DNA of 62,615 bases, the filler included, from Hausera hauseri (taxonomy: Eukaryota): the NCBI GenBank assembly GCA_046269625.1. It is 12 parts of 12 records of this genome, joined end to end, with 100 filler letters (N's around TTAATTAATTAA, not from the genome) between each part and the next. Parts side by side here need not be neighbours in the genome. Positions count along the whole stretch, not along the records: positions 58,379 to 62,615 come from JBJURY010683550.1; 11 more parts are not named here. The stretch is one strand, 5' to 3'. The translations under genes were made by a program, and so were the position numbers. Under the pieces are notes generated by a model that worked only from the letters and a program-made list of their open reading frames with translations, had not been told where the DNA came from and made no database searches. Of the stretch, positions 61,440-62,615 are shown one piece after another; the first letter of the stretch is position 1; each line of letters begins with the position of its first letter.

Positions 61440-62615
61440 ACTTGACTAGACGAATACGATTCATTAGCAACAGCCATGCATTGGGACGAGACAAAGATAA
61501 TATCTCTTCTACCAGTGCATGTAAATAACGACCTGAGAATGGCAATAACTCGCCTATCTACACAAATGGATGAAACTGGGACACAACACCGAGAAAGGAT
61601 TCTACAAAATCAGCAGGTAAACATACAAGAAAACGGATATTTGAAATTCCAAAACTGTAAACAGAAACCAAATGAAGAGATATTGACATACATTAATAGA
61701 TTTAAAGCGGCAATGAATAGATATTTTGTCTTGAGTGCACACTCATTTGGTGCCATGATCATGAAACAATTTGTACATGGACTTTTATTGCCCTTACAAG
61801 AAGGAGTTAAATTCCATAGAGCCAACAATTTTAACGAGCTGATAGAATATACCCGACGAATGGAAACCCGCATAGATGAAACATCTTTATGTACTAATCA
61901 AACACAGATCGCAGCAGTAGTCACGACACCATTATTAGTAAGGCTAGACGTACCAAATCGTTGAAACTCACCTTGGAGAGACTCTTCGAGAAGCCAAAGC
62001 CCTAATCGACAAGGCAATAACACACCGCAGAGAAGCAGTACTCCAGAAAGAGGGAACTATAATCAATCATTTAAAGATCTTAACAATAAGCAATGGGGCA
62101 CCTCATGTCCAAGAAATAGAGGATATTATAATAATCGACAAAAGAATGATACAAGATACGATAGATCACAAGATTATTCAAGATATAGAATTGATAATAG
62201 AAATCGATTCCCTAGTGGAGAAAGGTACAGTAATGATCGAAATCCCAGTCGTTATGAGAATAGAAACAATCAAATAAATCCATATTGTAAATCAGACGAT
62301 ATCCGGACGCAGTATCCAATTGATTGATCGGAAGGATCAAGACCCATCTATTCCAATGATAAGCGAAGCGAAAGTCACGAGTAGTTTAGAAGAAATGATA
62401 GCTGAGAACGGTATAGTAATTTAAATAGGAACAATAGCAAAGAAAGAGATAACCGACGAGGCGATAGCAGAGATAGGCATACTCCTGGAAACGATAATAA
62501 AAATAGGTATAACGATTCGAGATCTGGAAACTGTGACAGAAGAAGTGGCTATACTCCACCTCGACAAGAATTAGACAGATATAATAAAAATCCTAGTCCA
62601 TATTCTCCAAGATAC
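61440..62615 (+). mobile_element. gag: Gypsy gag relic with a long R/S/N/D-rich tail
   Basis: LDEYDSLATAMHWDE; MHR-like KQKPNEEILTYINRF; FVHGL; then SRSQSPNR-type low-complexity sequence with stops. Confidence 0.8.

Overview
AT-rich eukaryotic, almost certainly animal, DNA. It is an artificial concatenation of 12 short contigs (about 4-9.5 kb) joined by a 100-bp N44-TTAATTAATTAA-N44 linker, so synteny holds only within a contig. Only one host gene looks intact: an intronless SLC15/PepT oligopeptide transporter. The rest falls into four classes. (1) Decayed host-gene fragments, often butted together: LRRC23+SMC4, ZFYVE1/DFCP1, NEK kinase+cyclophilin. (2) Polinton/adintovirus pieces on at least four contigs: MCP, mCP, protease, ATPase, integrase, two pPolBs, plus TBP-like, dUTPase and a recurrent unnamed ORF. 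(3) Tc1 and CsRn1-like Gypsy relics. (4) Two divergent members of an unusual Ty3/Gypsy family (4110-12550 and 37107-42617), which are the main finding. In both, Pol continues past integrase into a homologous type I membrane protein with a signal peptide, Cys-patterned repeats, an FN3-like domain and a TM helix. The first copy also has a chuvirus-like fusion glycoprotein in frame upstream of the protease and a downstream accessory region ending in a RING finger. The layout suggests an enveloped retrovirus-like element with two surface proteins. All family calls come from motif recognition by eye; no searches were run.
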